Made by a program: the position numbers and the translations under genes. Below the pieces are notes generated by a model. The model did not search any database, was not told the DNA's origin, and worked only from the letters and a program-made list of their open reading frames with translations. Of a stretch of 64,000 nucleotides of DNA, positions 31,948-41,140 are shown piece after piece. Position 1 is the stretch's first letter. Each line of letters opens with the position of its first letter. Source of the stretch: Anaeromyxobacteraceae bacterium (GTDB lineage Bacteria; Myxococcota; Myxococcia; Myxococcales; Anaeromyxobacteraceae); NCBI GenBank assembly GCA_047602405.1, contig JASGHJ010000001.1, positions 1 to 64,000 on the forward strand. Direction: 5' to 3'.

Positions 31948-33378
31948 ATGCTCCACTACGACGTCATCGTCATCGGATCGGGGCCCGCGGGCGAGCACGG
32001 CGCGATCACCGCCGCCGAGGCCGGCAAGAAGGTGGCGCTCGTCGAGAAGGAGGCGGTCCCGGGCGGCGCCTCGGCGAACACCGGCACCATCCCGTCGAAG
32101 GCGCTCCGCGAGACCGCCCTCGCCATCCAGCAGGCCCGCAGCCGCGACGCGCACGGCATCGAGCTGCGCGTCTCCGGGCAGGTGACCGTCCCCGAGCTCA
32201 TGGGCCGCCGCGGCCTCGTCACCGCCCGGGAGCACTCCCGCATCCGCAACGCGCTCAACCGGGCGGGCGTCGAGCAGCTCCGCGGCACCGCGAGCTTCGC
32301 CGACCCGCGCACGCTCCGCGTCTCCTCGCCGGAGGGCGGCGCGCAGGAGATCCAGGCCGACGTCGTGCTGCTCGCGACCGGCACCCGGCCGCTCCACCCG
32401 CCGCAGTACGCGATCGACAACGTCCGGGTCTACGACTCCGACTCGATCCTCATGCTCGACCGCGTGCCCCGCTCGCTCGCCATCCTGGGCGGCGGCGTCG
32501 CCGGCTGCGAGTACGCCTCGCTCTTCGCCGCGCTCGGCGTCAACGTCTCGCTCATCGACTCGAAGGACCGCCTGCTCCCCTGGCTCGACGCCGAGCTCTC
32601 GCACGCGATGCAGGACCTGTTCGCGATGGCGGGCGTCGACCTCCACCAGCGGGTCCGCGCGAACAAGCTCGAGCCGGGCGATCGCGACGTGCTCGTGACC
32701 CTGTCCGACGGCTCGCGGCTCGTCGCCGAGAAGGTGCTGGTCGCGGCGGGCCGGGTGGGCAACGTCGAGGCGCTCAACCTCCCGGCCGCCGGCCTGACCG
32801 CGACCGAGCGCGGCCTCCTCACCGTGAACGCGCACTTCCAGACGAGCGTGCCGCACATCTACGCGGCGGGCGACCTCGTGGGCTTCCCGGGCCTCGCCTC
32901 GGTCTCGATGGAGCAGGGCCGGGTCGCGATGAGCCACGCCATCGGGGGCGAGTCGAGCCGGAAGATCGTGGAGCTCCAGCCGGTGGGCATCTACACGATC
33001 CCGGAGGTCTCCTCGGTCGGCGAGTCGGAGGAGCAGCTCAAGCAGAAGGGGCGCGCCTACGTGGTCGGCCAGTCGACGCTCGCCGCGAACGCCCGCGCGA
33101 ACCTCATCGGCGAGGCGGTCGGCTTCGTGAAGCTCCTCGCCGACGCCGACTCCGGCGAGATCCTGGGCGTGCACTGCATCGGCCCGCACGCCTCCGAGCT
33201 CGTGCACACCGGCATGGCCGTGATGCACCACGGCGGCAACGTGCGCTGGTTCGCCGAGTCGGTGTTCAACTACCCGACGCTCGGCGAGGCGTACAAGTAC
33301 GCCGCCTACGACGCGCTCGACCGCATGCGCGAGCGCAAGCAGCGGGTCACGCCGATCGAGCGGGCGGCGAAGGGGTAG
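31948..33378 (+). CDS. sthA: Soluble Si-specific NAD(P)+ transhydrogenase
   Basis: GSGPAG, TGTIPSKALRE without a redox CxxxxC, YDSDSIL, GIYTIPE, FNYPTLGEAYKYAA. Confidence 0.93.
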   Translation: MLHYDVIVIGSGPAGEHGAITAAEAGKKVALVEKEAVPGGASANTGTIPSKALRETALAIQQARSRDAHGIELRVSGQVTVPELMGRRGLVTAREHSRIRNALNRAGVEQLRGTASFADPRTLRVSSPEGGAQEIQADVVLLATGTRPLHPPQYAIDNVRVYDSDSILMLDRVPRSLAILGGGVAGCEYASLFAALGVNVSLIDSKDRLLPWLDAELSHAMQDLFAMAGVDLHQRVRANKLEPGDRDVLVTLSDGSRLVAEKVLVAAGRVGNVEALNLPAAGLTATERGLLTVNAHFQTSVPHIYAAGDLVGFPGLASVSMEQGRVAMSHAIGGESSRKIVELQPVGIYTIPEVSSVGESEEQLKQKGRAYVVGQSTLAANARANLIGEAVGFVKLLADADSGEILGVHCIGPHASELVHTGMAVMHHGGNVRWFAESVFNYPTLGEAYKYAAYDALDRMRERKQRVTPIERAAKG

Positions 33379-34342
33379 CGCCGATCGACGCCGGCGCCCG
33401 GGGTGAGCGGGCGTGCGGGGCCAGCGCCGCCAGGAGCTCGCCTGCGTGGGTCCAGGGCAGCGCGCCGCCGGCTTCGGGCAGGAAGTGCCGCGTCGCGCCC
33501 GGGATCCGCGCGGCGAGGTGGGCGCCGCCGTCCGGCGCGTGCACCGGGCTCGCGTCGCGGCCGCCGTACCAGAGCTGCACCGGGACGCGGATCGCTCCCG
33601 GGTCGAAGGGCCAGGGCGACGAGGCGAGCACGGTGTCGGTGACGTAGCCCGCCGGCCCCTGGGCGAAGCCCTCGTCGAGCGCACGCTCGAACTCCCGCGC
33701 GAAGTCCGGCGCCGCGTACACCGCCCGGTCCCCGGGTGAGCTCCCCTCGAGCACGAGCGCCCGCAGCCGGGCCGCGTCCATCCCCGCGAGGAAGGCCTCC
33801 GCGGCGGCCCGGTCGCGCTCGATCGCCTCCACGAACCCGCGCACGCCGGGCGCGAGGCGCGCGCGGACCTCGGGGTGCGCGAGCTCGTCGGTGCCGGACA
33901 CGAAGGCGCACGCCGACGCGATCCCCGCGGCCGCGCAGGCGAGCGCGAAGGGCGCGCCCTGCGAGAAGCCCAGCACCGCCGGGCGGCCGAGGCCGAGCGC
34001 CGCCGAGGCCGCGGCGACGTCGTGCGCCCACGATGCGAGGGTCCGGCCGGGCGCGGGGTCGGAGGCGCCGAGGCCCGGGCGATCGAACGAGATGACCCGC
34101 GCCCGCAGCCCGGCGAGGTCCGCCGGCCCGAGCCCGAGCGAGCGGCCCGTGGCGGCGCCGGGGCAGAGCACGACGGGCGCGCCGTCGTCCGGGCCCCAGG
34201 ACGCCCAGGCGAGAGCGCGGCCGCCCGGGAGGCGGACGGCGCCGGTCTTCGTGGCTGGCGCGACGAGCAAGGCGGGATCCTCCTTGCCATGTGGACCGGC
34301 GGACGAGCCAGGGCGGGGAACGACCCGGAAGTGGTCGCTCAC
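33347..34342 (-). CDS. Alpha/beta hydrolase
   Basis: DRPGLGAS, GFSQG nucleophile elbow, WPFD; start uncertain. Confidence 0.85.
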   Translation of the reverse strand: MSDHFRVVPRPGSSAGPHGKEDPALLVAPATKTGAVRLPGGRALAWASWGPDDGAPVVLCPGAATGRSLGLGPADLAGLRARVISFDRPGLGASDPAPGRTLASWAHDVAAASAALGLGRPAVLGFSQGAPFALACAAAGIASACAFVSGTDELAHPEVRARLAPGVRGFVEAIERDRAAAEAFLAGMDAARLRALVLEGSSPGDRAVYAAPDFAREFERALDEGFAQGPAGYVTDTVLASSPWPFDPGAIRVPVQLWYGGRDASPVHAPDGGAHLAARIPGATRHFLPEAGGALPWTHAGELLAALAPHARSPRAPASIGATPSPPARSA

Positions 34343-34629
34343 CCGCCGAGGACGCCCCAGCTCTCGGCCAGGGCGGCCTCCTCGTGCGGCAGCATCGCCT
34401 CCACGAGCGCGGCGAGCGTCTCGTCGGAGAGCTCGGCGTGGCGCTCGGCGAGCGCCATCGCGATCGGGAGCTTCAGGCCGGTCCACGGCGCGCCGGTGTG
34501 CTGCAGGCCGGCCGCGGCGCGGGCGAGCGCGGCGCGCCAGCGCGGGGTGGTGCAGAGCCGGTCGCCGTCGCGCTCGAGGAAGCCGTCGTCGAGGAGGCGG
34601 TCGGTCGCGGAGGGCTCAGACGCGGGCAC
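34339..34629 (-). CDS. Small hypothetical protein
   Basis: Overlaps both neighbours in operon fashion and has plausible composition. Confidence 0.6.
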   Translation of the reverse strand: MPASEPSATDRLLDDGFLERDGDRLCTTPRWRAALARAAAGLQHTGAPWTGLKLPIAMALAERHAELSDETLAALVEAMLPHEEAALAESWGVLGG

Positions 34630-35074
34630 GGGTGTCGGCGCCGGGCTGCGGCGCGGGCATGTGGCCGCGGACGTAGGCGATCGCGTCCAGGGTCTCCCGC
34701 CGGAAGGTGTCGTAGTCCACCTGGGCGGCGTTGAGGAACGTGCTCGCGGACATGGTGTGGGCGCCCATCATCGCCGCCTCGGCGATCTCGAGGTCGGTCG
34801 CACCGAAGAGCTTCGCGGCCTCGGTGTGGAAGAGGGTGCAGTAGCGGCAGCGCGTCGCGCCGGACACCGCGAGCCCGATGAGCTCCTTGTACTTGTTCGG
34901 GATCGCGGTCTCGGCGAGCTGGAAGTCGCGCATCATCGCCCAGAAGCCCTCGAGCGCGCTGTCGGGCATCCCTCCCACCCACGTGGGCACGGCCCCGAAC
35001 GCCTGCCGGATCTCCTCGCGGATCTTCTCCCGCTTGCCGCTGTCGCGCAGCGCGGACCTGTCGACGGTCGCCAT
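34616..35074 (-). CDS. Carboxymuconolactone decarboxylase/AhpD-family protein
   Basis: IPNKYKELIGLAVS..RCRYCTLFH..AKLFGAT; RBS upstream. Confidence 0.92.
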   Translation of the reverse strand: MATVDRSALRDSGKREKIREEIRQAFGAVPTWVGGMPDSALEGFWAMMRDFQLAETAIPNKYKELIGLAVSGATRCRYCTLFHTEAAKLFGATDLEIAEAAMMGAHTMSASTFLNAAQVDYDTFRRETLDAIAYVRGHMPAPQPGADTRARV

Positions 35075-35334
35075 GACCTCTCCTCACCCCCGCGGGAATG
35101 GGAACAGTGGTCGCGGAGGATGCGCGTGGGGTGTGCCTCGCGCGGCGCGCCGGCAAGTGCGGCGCACGGGCCATGACGGAGCGACCCCACCTTGCCGCGA
35201 CCGGGCGTCCGGGCGCCCGTCGGCTCGCCACGCCCCGCCGCGCCCAGAACGCCGCGCACGCAGCGCCGGCGCGCGGGGCCCCTCTCGGGGGTCGCGGTGG
35301 AGACGTCACCCGGACGCCGCGTAGCGTTCCACGC

Positions 35335-36237
35335 ATGCGCCCTCTCCGCCTCCCCGCCGCGTCGGTCGCGCTGGTCCTCGCCGCCTGCGGCGGAGGCGGA
35401 GGCGGCGGACCCGGGCCCGGCGGCCAGAGCGGCGGGAACCTCCTCGCGGCGACGGTCGGCGGACAGGCCTGGGTGGCGGACGCGTTCACGGTCGGCGTCA
35501 TCGGCGCGAGCACGCCCTCCCGCGACGGCACGATCCTCGTCACCGGCACACGCGGGTCCGACGGGACCTCGATCGCGCTCAACCTCGGCTTCATGCCCGG
35601 GCCCGCGACGCAGCCGCTCGGCGTGAACTTCGTCTCGACGCCCGGAGGGACGGGCGCGGCGATCTTCGCGTCGAAGACGTACCTCACTCCGCTCGACGGC
35701 GCCTCGGGCTTCGTGACCATCACCGAGCGGACCGCCACGCACCTCGCGGGCACGTTCCACTTCACCGCGGCCGAGCCCGCCCCGGGCACGGGCACGCTCC
35801 AGGTGACCTCGGGCGCCTTCGACGTGACGGACGCGGGCGGGCTCCCGCCGCTCCCGACCGGCGTGGGCAGCACGGTGATCGCGACGCTCGGGGGCGCGCC
35901 CTGGAACGCGGCGACGATCGTCGGCTCGAGCCCGGCCGCGGGCACCCTCGCGCTCGCGGCGGGCAACACCGCGTACACCCTCGTGCTCACCCCGAAGGTC
36001 GCGCTCGCGGCGGGCGCGAGCTACGGGATCCCGTCCAAGGTGAACCTGCAGGTGAACCGCACCGGCGCGGCGGACGCCTGGTCCGGCGGCGACGGCGCCG
36101 ACGTCGGGACGCTCACCGTCACGACGCTCGCGGCCGACCGGCTCGTCGCGACGTTCTCGGCGACGCTCCCGCCGGTGGGCGCGGGCGCGGCGCTCACCGT
36201 GACCGGCGGCGCCGCGAACGTGCACCTCCAGCAGTAG
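35335..36237 (+). CDS. Hypothetical lipoprotein with two related beta-rich domains
   Basis: Lipobox LAAC; ATVGGQAWVA and ATLGGAPWNA repeats. Confidence 0.8.
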   Translation: MRPLRLPAASVALVLAACGGGGGGGPGPGGQSGGNLLAATVGGQAWVADAFTVGVIGASTPSRDGTILVTGTRGSDGTSIALNLGFMPGPATQPLGVNFVSTPGGTGAAIFASKTYLTPLDGASGFVTITERTATHLAGTFHFTAAEPAPGTGTLQVTSGAFDVTDAGGLPPLPTGVGSTVIATLGGAPWNAATIVGSSPAAGTLALAAGNTAYTLVLTPKVALAAGASYGIPSKVNLQVNRTGAADAWSGGDGADVGTLTVTTLAADRLVATFSATLPPVGAGAALTVTGGAANVHLQQ

Positions 36238-36249
36238 CGGCCTGGCGGG

Positions 36250-37185
36250 CTACCCCAGCCGCGCGCGCGCCTGGGCGAGCGCCGCGTGGACCTGCTCGAG
36301 CGCACCCTTCGCGGCCGCGAGGTCGTCGCGCTCGCGCTTCGCGCGGTCGAGGTCGCTCGCGAGCTGGTCGCGCTCGCGGGCGAGCTCGCCGATGGCGGCG
36401 CGCAGGCGGGCGGCCTCGGTCGCGCCGTGGCGGAGCTCCTCGGAGAGCTTCTCGACCTCGGCCTCGCGCTCGGCGCGCGCGCGCGCCTCGTCGTCGGCCC
36501 GGCGGGTCACGTCCTCGAGCAGCTTCGCGCGCTCCTCGTCGAGCGCACTGAGGGCCTGGGCGCGGCGTACGGCCTCGTCGCGCTCCTCCTCGAGCGCGCC
36601 CATCTCGCCGAGCAGCTCCTCGAGCACCTGGCGCTTCTCGGTGACCTCGACCTCGGCGGCCTGCAGCTTCTCGCCGGTCGCGCGCCCCTCGGCGGCGAAG
36701 CGGGCGAGGTCGCCGCGGACGGCCTCGAGGTCCGCGCGCAGCGCGTCCTCGCGCTCGCGGGCCGTGACGAGCTCCTTCTCGAGGTCCTTCACGAGCCCGA
36801 GCACGCTCTCGGCCGCGCGGGCCGGGTCGGCGGGCGCGGGGGCCATGCGGGCCTTCGGCTTCGCGGCCTCGGCGACCTTGCGCTTGATCTTCGCGAGGCG
36901 GTCGCGGCGGGACTGGACGTCGGTGGGGGCCGCGTCCGGGACCGGGAGGCGGGCCGTCACTGCGCCCCTCGTCTCCGGGCCGCTGCGCGGCCCTGCGCTC
37001 GGGGCGAGCGGAGAGGAAGCGGGCTCGGCCTTCGCCTGCGCCACGACCGGCGCGGCAGGGTGCGGCTCGAGCTCGAGCGGGAGGGACGCCTCGAGCTCCA
37101 CGGCCGCGGCCGGGGCCTGCGTCTCCACCGCGCCCTTCAGGCGGGGCTTCAGCTTCGGGACGTTCGCGTCGAAGGCCTTGCGCAT
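36250..37185 (-). CDS. pomX: PomX-like coiled-coil activator of PomZ
   Basis: N-terminus MRKAFDANVPKLKPRL keeps K13/R15 of the M. xanthus PomX activating peptide; Ala/Pro linker; long C-terminal coiled coil; downstream of pomZ. Confidence 0.88.
   Translation of the reverse strand: MRKAFDANVPKLKPRLKGAVETQAPAAAVELEASLPLELEPHPAAPVVAQAKAEPASSPLAPSAGPRSGPETRGAVTARLPVPDAAPTDVQSRRDRLAKIKRKVAEAAKPKARMAPAPADPARAAESVLGLVKDLEKELVTAREREDALRADLEAVRGDLARFAAEGRATGEKLQAAEVEVTEKRQVLEELLGEMGALEEERDEAVRRAQALSALDEERAKLLEDVTRRADDEARARAEREAEVEKLSEELRHGATEAARLRAAIGELARERDQLASDLDRAKRERDDLAAAKGALEQVHAALAQARARLG
36962..37011 (-). repeat. REP-like element inside pomX
   Basis: Minus strand CCGCTCGCCCCGAGCGCAGGGCCGC-GCA-GCGGCCCGGAGACGAGGGGCGC, nearly identical to the intergenic copy at 45416-45464. 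Confidence 0.85.
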
Positions 37186-37188
37186 CGG

Positions 37189-38136
37189 CTACGCTCCCGC
37201 GGCGCCGCGCTTCGCCGCCGCGCGGACCCGCTCCAGGACCTCGAGCTGCATGAGCTCGATGTCGTTCGCGCCCTTCGAGTCGGGCTCGTACCCGAAGATC
37301 GGGCAGCCCTCGGAGGAGGCCTGGGCGAACTTGGTGCACTGCCGGACCACGCTCTCGAGGAGGTAGTCGGCGTAGTGGGTCCGGAGGGCGTCGAGCGCCT
37401 CGCGCGCGATCTTGAAGGTCTGGTTGTAGGCGTTCACGACGATGAAGATGTTCTCGAGCTGGTGCGAGAGGTCCTCCTCGAGCCCCTGGATGGTCTCGAA
37501 GAGGAGCCTGAGGCCGTCGTAGGAGAGGAAGTCGGCGAGCACCGGGACGATGAGGTCGTCGGCCGCCATGAGCGCGTTCAGGTTGAGGAGCCCGAACGAC
37601 GGCGGCGCGTCCATGATCACGAAGTCGTACTTCGCGGTGTAGCCCTGCAGCGCGTTCCTCAGCTTGAACTCGCGGCCGGAGAGCGGCATGAGCGCGAGGT
37701 CGATGGTGCTCATCTGCAGGTTCGCCGGCACGAGCGACAGGCCCGGCATGCCGGTCGGCACGGTGACCGAGTCGAGCGACTTCTTGCGGACGATGACGTC
37801 GAACAGCGTCTCCTTGAAGGTGCCGCCCTCCTGGCCCACGCACTTCGTGGCGTGGCCCTGGCTGTCGAGGTCGATGAGGAGGACCCGGTAGCCGCGCTCC
37901 GCGAGGCGGAACGCGTAGGAGGTGGAGAGGCTGGTCTTGCCGGTGCCGCCCTTGAAGTTGAGGAAGAGCTGGACGCGCGGCGCGATGGGCTGCGGCGGGC
38001 GCTTCAGCGCGGCGCGGGCGCGGAGCAGGTCGTCGGGCGCGTAGCCGTCCTTCTTGCCGATGGCCCCCTCGACCTGCTTCACGGTCGCGCTGAGGATCTC
38101 GGCGAGGCGCTTCGCGGTGTAGCGGACGTTCTCCAT
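37189..38136 (-). CDS. pomZ: PomZ, ParA/MinD-family ATPase for division-site positioning
   Basis: Deviant Walker A KGGTGKT, IDLDSQG, DAPP. G63/K67/D91/K269 match M. xanthus PomZ G62/K66/D90/K268 with a +1 offset. Confidence 0.92.
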   Translation of the reverse strand: MENVRYTAKRLAEILSATVKQVEGAIGKKDGYAPDDLLRARAALKRPPQPIAPRVQLFLNFKGGTGKTSLSTSYAFRLAERGYRVLLIDLDSQGHATKCVGQEGGTFKETLFDVIVRKKSLDSVTVPTGMPGLSLVPANLQMSTIDLALMPLSGREFKLRNALQGYTAKYDFVIMDAPPSFGLLNLNALMAADDLIVPVLADFLSYDGLRLLFETIQGLEEDLSHQLENIFIVVNAYNQTFKIAREALDALRTHYADYLLESVVRQCTKFAQASSEGCPIFGYEPDSKGANDIELMQLEVLERVRAAAKRGAAGA

Positions 38137-38144
38137 GACGACCT

Positions 38145-39785
38145 CTAGGCGGGGAACCAGCGTGAACCGCGGCGGACGATGGCGCCCGCCGTGGAGAGCC
38201 GCTCGGTGAGCGCGGCGATCTTCGCCGGGCCCTGGCCCAGCACCTCGACGAGCTCGGGCTCGGTGCGGCCGCGCAGGGCGCCGCGGAGCTCGGAGAGGAG
38301 CGAGAGCGTCGAGTCATCGGGCGGACCCGCGGGCTCGGGGGCGGTGGCGGGGGCGACCGCGACGGCGGAGCGGACGCCCCTCGTCTCCGGGGCCGCTTCG
38401 CGGCCCCTACGCTCGGGGTGAACGGTCCCCATCGGCTGCGGGGGCCTGACGGTGACCTCGGCGGCCCGCGCGGAGGGCGCGCCGTCGAGCACCGCGGAGC
38501 GGATCTCGTCGGCGCCCATCGTGGCGAGCTTCTCGGCGATGCGGCGGCTCGCGGCGCGGCGGACGGCGCCGGGGCCCTCCACGAGCGGGGCCTCCCCCGC
38601 GAGGCGGCCGAGCGCGGCGGCGACGGCCTTGCGGACCGAGGCGTCGGCGTGGTCGAGGCCGCGGACGAGCGCGGCCTGCGCGGAGGCGGTGGGCCGGCCG
38701 GAGAGCGCCGCGGCGGCGGCGCGGGCGACGCCGCGGTCCTCGTCGGAGAGCGCGACCGCGAGCGCCTCCTCGGCGCGCCCGCCGTGGGCGAACCCGAGGA
38801 GCAGCGCGGCGCGGCGGCGGACGAGCGGGCTCGGGTCGCGGAGCGCGGCGGAGAGCCGGCCCTCCGCGCCGTGCTTCTGCACGGCGGCGAGCGCCTCGAG
38901 CGCGGCGACGCGCACGGCGGGCCGGGCGTCCTCGAGCGCGCGGGCGGCGAGGTCGGCGGCGATGGGATCGCCGAGCCGGCCGAGCGCGCCCAGGATCGCG
39001 GCCTTCACGTCGGCCTCGACCTCGCGGCCGAGCGAGGCGGCGAGGAGCGGCGCCGCGGCCTTCGCGCCGAGCGCCTCGAGCGCGCGCACCGCGCGCAGGC
39101 GCCGGCCGGGGTCGGCGGCGGAGAGGTCGTCCATGGAGCGCTCGTAGAGCGCCCGGTCGGCGTGCGTCGCGAGCTGGCCGCGCAGCGCCTCGGCGTCCTT
39201 GCCGGAGAGGCCCACCCGGCCCTCGGAGGCGAACCTCGCCGCCACCGCCTGGACGTCGTCGCCCCCTTCGGTCCGCTCACCCCGAGCGTAGGCCCGCGCG
39301 GCGGGCCGAAGCCGAGCGGTCGCGGGCTCGGAGGCGCCCTCGTGCGCCTGCTTCCAGGTGCGCAGCTCCTCGATCTCGCTGCGCAGCTCGGCGATGAAGC
39401 CGGCGAGGTCGGCGCCGTCCTCCTCGGGGCCGGGCGTGCCGTCGGAGGCCTTCGCACCGGCGACGCGGGCGCGGTCGACGAGGCCCGCGAGCAGCCGCTC
39501 GCGCTCGGTCTCGAGGAGGCGCACGCGCTCGGCGAGCTCGCCGGCGCGGTTCTCGGCCTCGGCGCGGCCGCCGCGCTCGACCGCGAGCGCCTGCTCGAGC
39601 TCGACCTCCCGCCGGCGCGCCTGGGCAGCGTCACCCCGCGCGCGCTCCGCGGTGGTCCGCGCCGCTTGCGCCTCGGACTCGAGCTGCGAGACCCTGCACT
39701 CGAAGAAGACGATCTTCTCGAGCGCGCTCCTGAGGAGCCCCTCCGGATCGACCGCGGCCGCCCTCTGACCGTCCACCCCGTCCAT
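38145..39785 (-). CDS. pomY: PomY-like protein: N-terminal coiled coil, HEAT repeats, low-complexity C-terminal region
   Basis: LEKIVFFECRVSQLE coiled coil; repeated D..P.VR..A..AL HEAT units; upstream of pomZ. Alternative GTG start at 39830. Confidence 0.87.
   Translation of the reverse strand: MDGVDGQRAAAVDPEGLLRSALEKIVFFECRVSQLESEAQAARTTAERARGDAAQARRREVELEQALAVERGGRAEAENRAGELAERVRLLETERERLLAGLVDRARVAGAKASDGTPGPEEDGADLAGFIAELRSEIEELRTWKQAHEGASEPATARLRPAARAYARGERTEGGDDVQAVAARFASEGRVGLSGKDAEALRGQLATHADRALYERSMDDLSAADPGRRLRAVRALEALGAKAAAPLLAASLGREVEADVKAAILGALGRLGDPIAADLAARALEDARPAVRVAALEALAAVQKHGAEGRLSAALRDPSPLVRRRAALLLGFAHGGRAEEALAVALSDEDRGVARAAAAALSGRPTASAQAALVRGLDHADASVRKAVAAALGRLAGEAPLVEGPGAVRRAASRRIAEKLATMGADEIRSAVLDGAPSARAAEVTVRPPQPMGTVHPERRGREAAPETRGVRSAVAVAPATAPEPAGPPDDSTLSLLSELRGALRGRTEPELVEVLGQGPAKIAALTERLSTAGAIVRRGSRWFPA
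38375..38425 (-). repeat. REP-like element inside pomY (C-terminal region)
   Basis: Minus strand CCGTTCACCCCGAGCGTAGGGGCCGC-GAA-GCGGCCCCGGAGACGAGGGGCG. Confidence 0.85.
39273..39322 (+). repeat. Diverged REP-like element inside pomY, opposite orientation
   Basis: CCGCTCACCCCGAGCGTAGGCCCGC-GCG-GCGGGCCGAAGCCGAGCGGTCG. Confidence 0.75.
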
Positions 39786-39813
39786 ACCCGCCCATCCCGC
39801 CCGCCCGAAAACG

Positions 39814-39870
39814 GATCCTGTCCTGATCACAGGATCTTGCGGCGATGGTCCAGCCTAGACTCTAGGGATC
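39814..39870. promoter_or_regulatory. Inverted repeats and GATC cluster upstream of pomY
   Basis: GATCCTGT-N7-ACAGGATC (39814-39836), CCTAGA-C-TCTAGG (39854-39866), four GATC sites. Confidence 0.4.
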
Positions 39871-40114
39871 ACGAGCGCAAGTAATCGCGCGACATCGCGG
39901 GGGTTCGTCGGGGACCCCACCCGCCCTCCGAGGGGCGCTCCCCGGGGGCCGGCGCCCGCCCCGGCCCCGGGTGCGACCCGCGCCCACCCCGGCGTCACCG
40001 TGGGTGACGTTCCGACCTTTCCGCGTCACCGGCTCCCGGGATGCCCGCGCGGACCTGTCCTGGATCAATATTCACCCTCGGTCGGGAGGACGGACCCCAG
40101 CCGGGGAAGCTCGC

Positions 40115-41131
40115 ATGGCGCGCATCTTCATCGTCGAGGGGGAGGACCACGGGGCGGAGCCGCTCGCGATCTCGCTGCGCGCGGCGGGCCACGAGCTCGC
40201 GGGGACGGCGATCTCCGCCTTCGAGGCCTGCGAGCGCGTCGCGCGCACTTCCCCCGACCTCGCCGTCGTGGATCTCCGCTCCCGGAGCGGCGGCGACCAC
40301 CTCGAGCTCGCCGCCGAGCTCGCGCGCCGCTTCGAGGTGCCGACGCTGTTCGTGAGCGGCGCGTCCGATCTCACCACCCTCCGCCGCCTCGGCCGCGTCG
40401 ACCCCGCCGGGGTGCTCGTGCGCCCCTTCGACGACCGCCAGCTCCGCGCCGCCGTGGAGCTCGCCCTCGCCCGCCGCGCCCGCGAGCTCGCCCGCCGCGG
40501 CGAGGCCGACCGCGCCGGGGTCGACGCCGACCTGAAGCTCCTCGCGACGCTGTCCCGGCGGCTCGTGACCGCCCTCGACGCCTCGCCCGGCCCGGCCGAG
40601 CGGCGCGCGCTCGCGGCCGAGCTCGACGACCTCGCGCGGGCCCGCGACGCACGGAGGGCGCCGCTCGCGCGGATCGGCGGGGAGGCGGTCTCGAGGCTGC
40701 GCGAACGCGTCGGCCACCGGGCCATGTTCGAGCTCACCTCAGAGGGCGACCTGTGGGTGGCCGGCCACGAGGGCCAGCTCGTGCGCGCCCTCGAGCTGCT
40801 CGCCACGGTCGCGCTCCAGTCCCACGGGGCCGGTGCGGGCACCTGGCTGCGCCTCGCGCTCCGCCGGGACGAGCTCGGCCTCGCCGAGGTGGAGCTCGCC
40901 GTCACGACCGAGTCCACCGCGCCCTCCCGCGAGGTGGTGCTCGCGGGCCTCCCGGCGAAGGCCGCCTTCGCGGTGGCCGAGGCCATCGTGGTCGCCCACG
41001 GCGGCGCGGTGCACACCGAGCGCGACGGCGCGCGGACGCTCGCACGCGTGACGCTGCCGTGCGTGCCCGCGGAGGAGGGCGCGCTGCCGCTCCGGCTCGT
41101 GCGCGACCCCGTCGCCGCGGCGGCCGGGTAG
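40115..41131 (+). CDS. Degenerate receiver plus kinase-like hybrid protein
   Basis: RIFIVE, PDLAVVDL, LFVSG, LVRPF; C-terminal HATPase remnant IVVAHGGAV...VTLP. Confidence 0.75.
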   Translation: MARIFIVEGEDHGAEPLAISLRAAGHELAGTAISAFEACERVARTSPDLAVVDLRSRSGGDHLELAAELARRFEVPTLFVSGASDLTTLRRLGRVDPAGVLVRPFDDRQLRAAVELALARRARELARRGEADRAGVDADLKLLATLSRRLVTALDASPGPAERRALAAELDDLARARDARRAPLARIGGEAVSRLRERVGHRAMFELTSEGDLWVAGHEGQLVRALELLATVALQSHGAGAGTWLRLALRRDELGLAEVELAVTTESTAPSREVVLAGLPAKAAFAVAEAIVVAHGGAVHTERDGARTLARVTLPCVPAEEGALPLRLVRDPVAAAAG

Positions 41132-41140
41132 CGCCGCCCG

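Noticed and set aside
37189..38136. ParA as a plasmid or chromosome partition gene
   Set aside because: No parB or parS; the neighbours and residue positions match PomZ.
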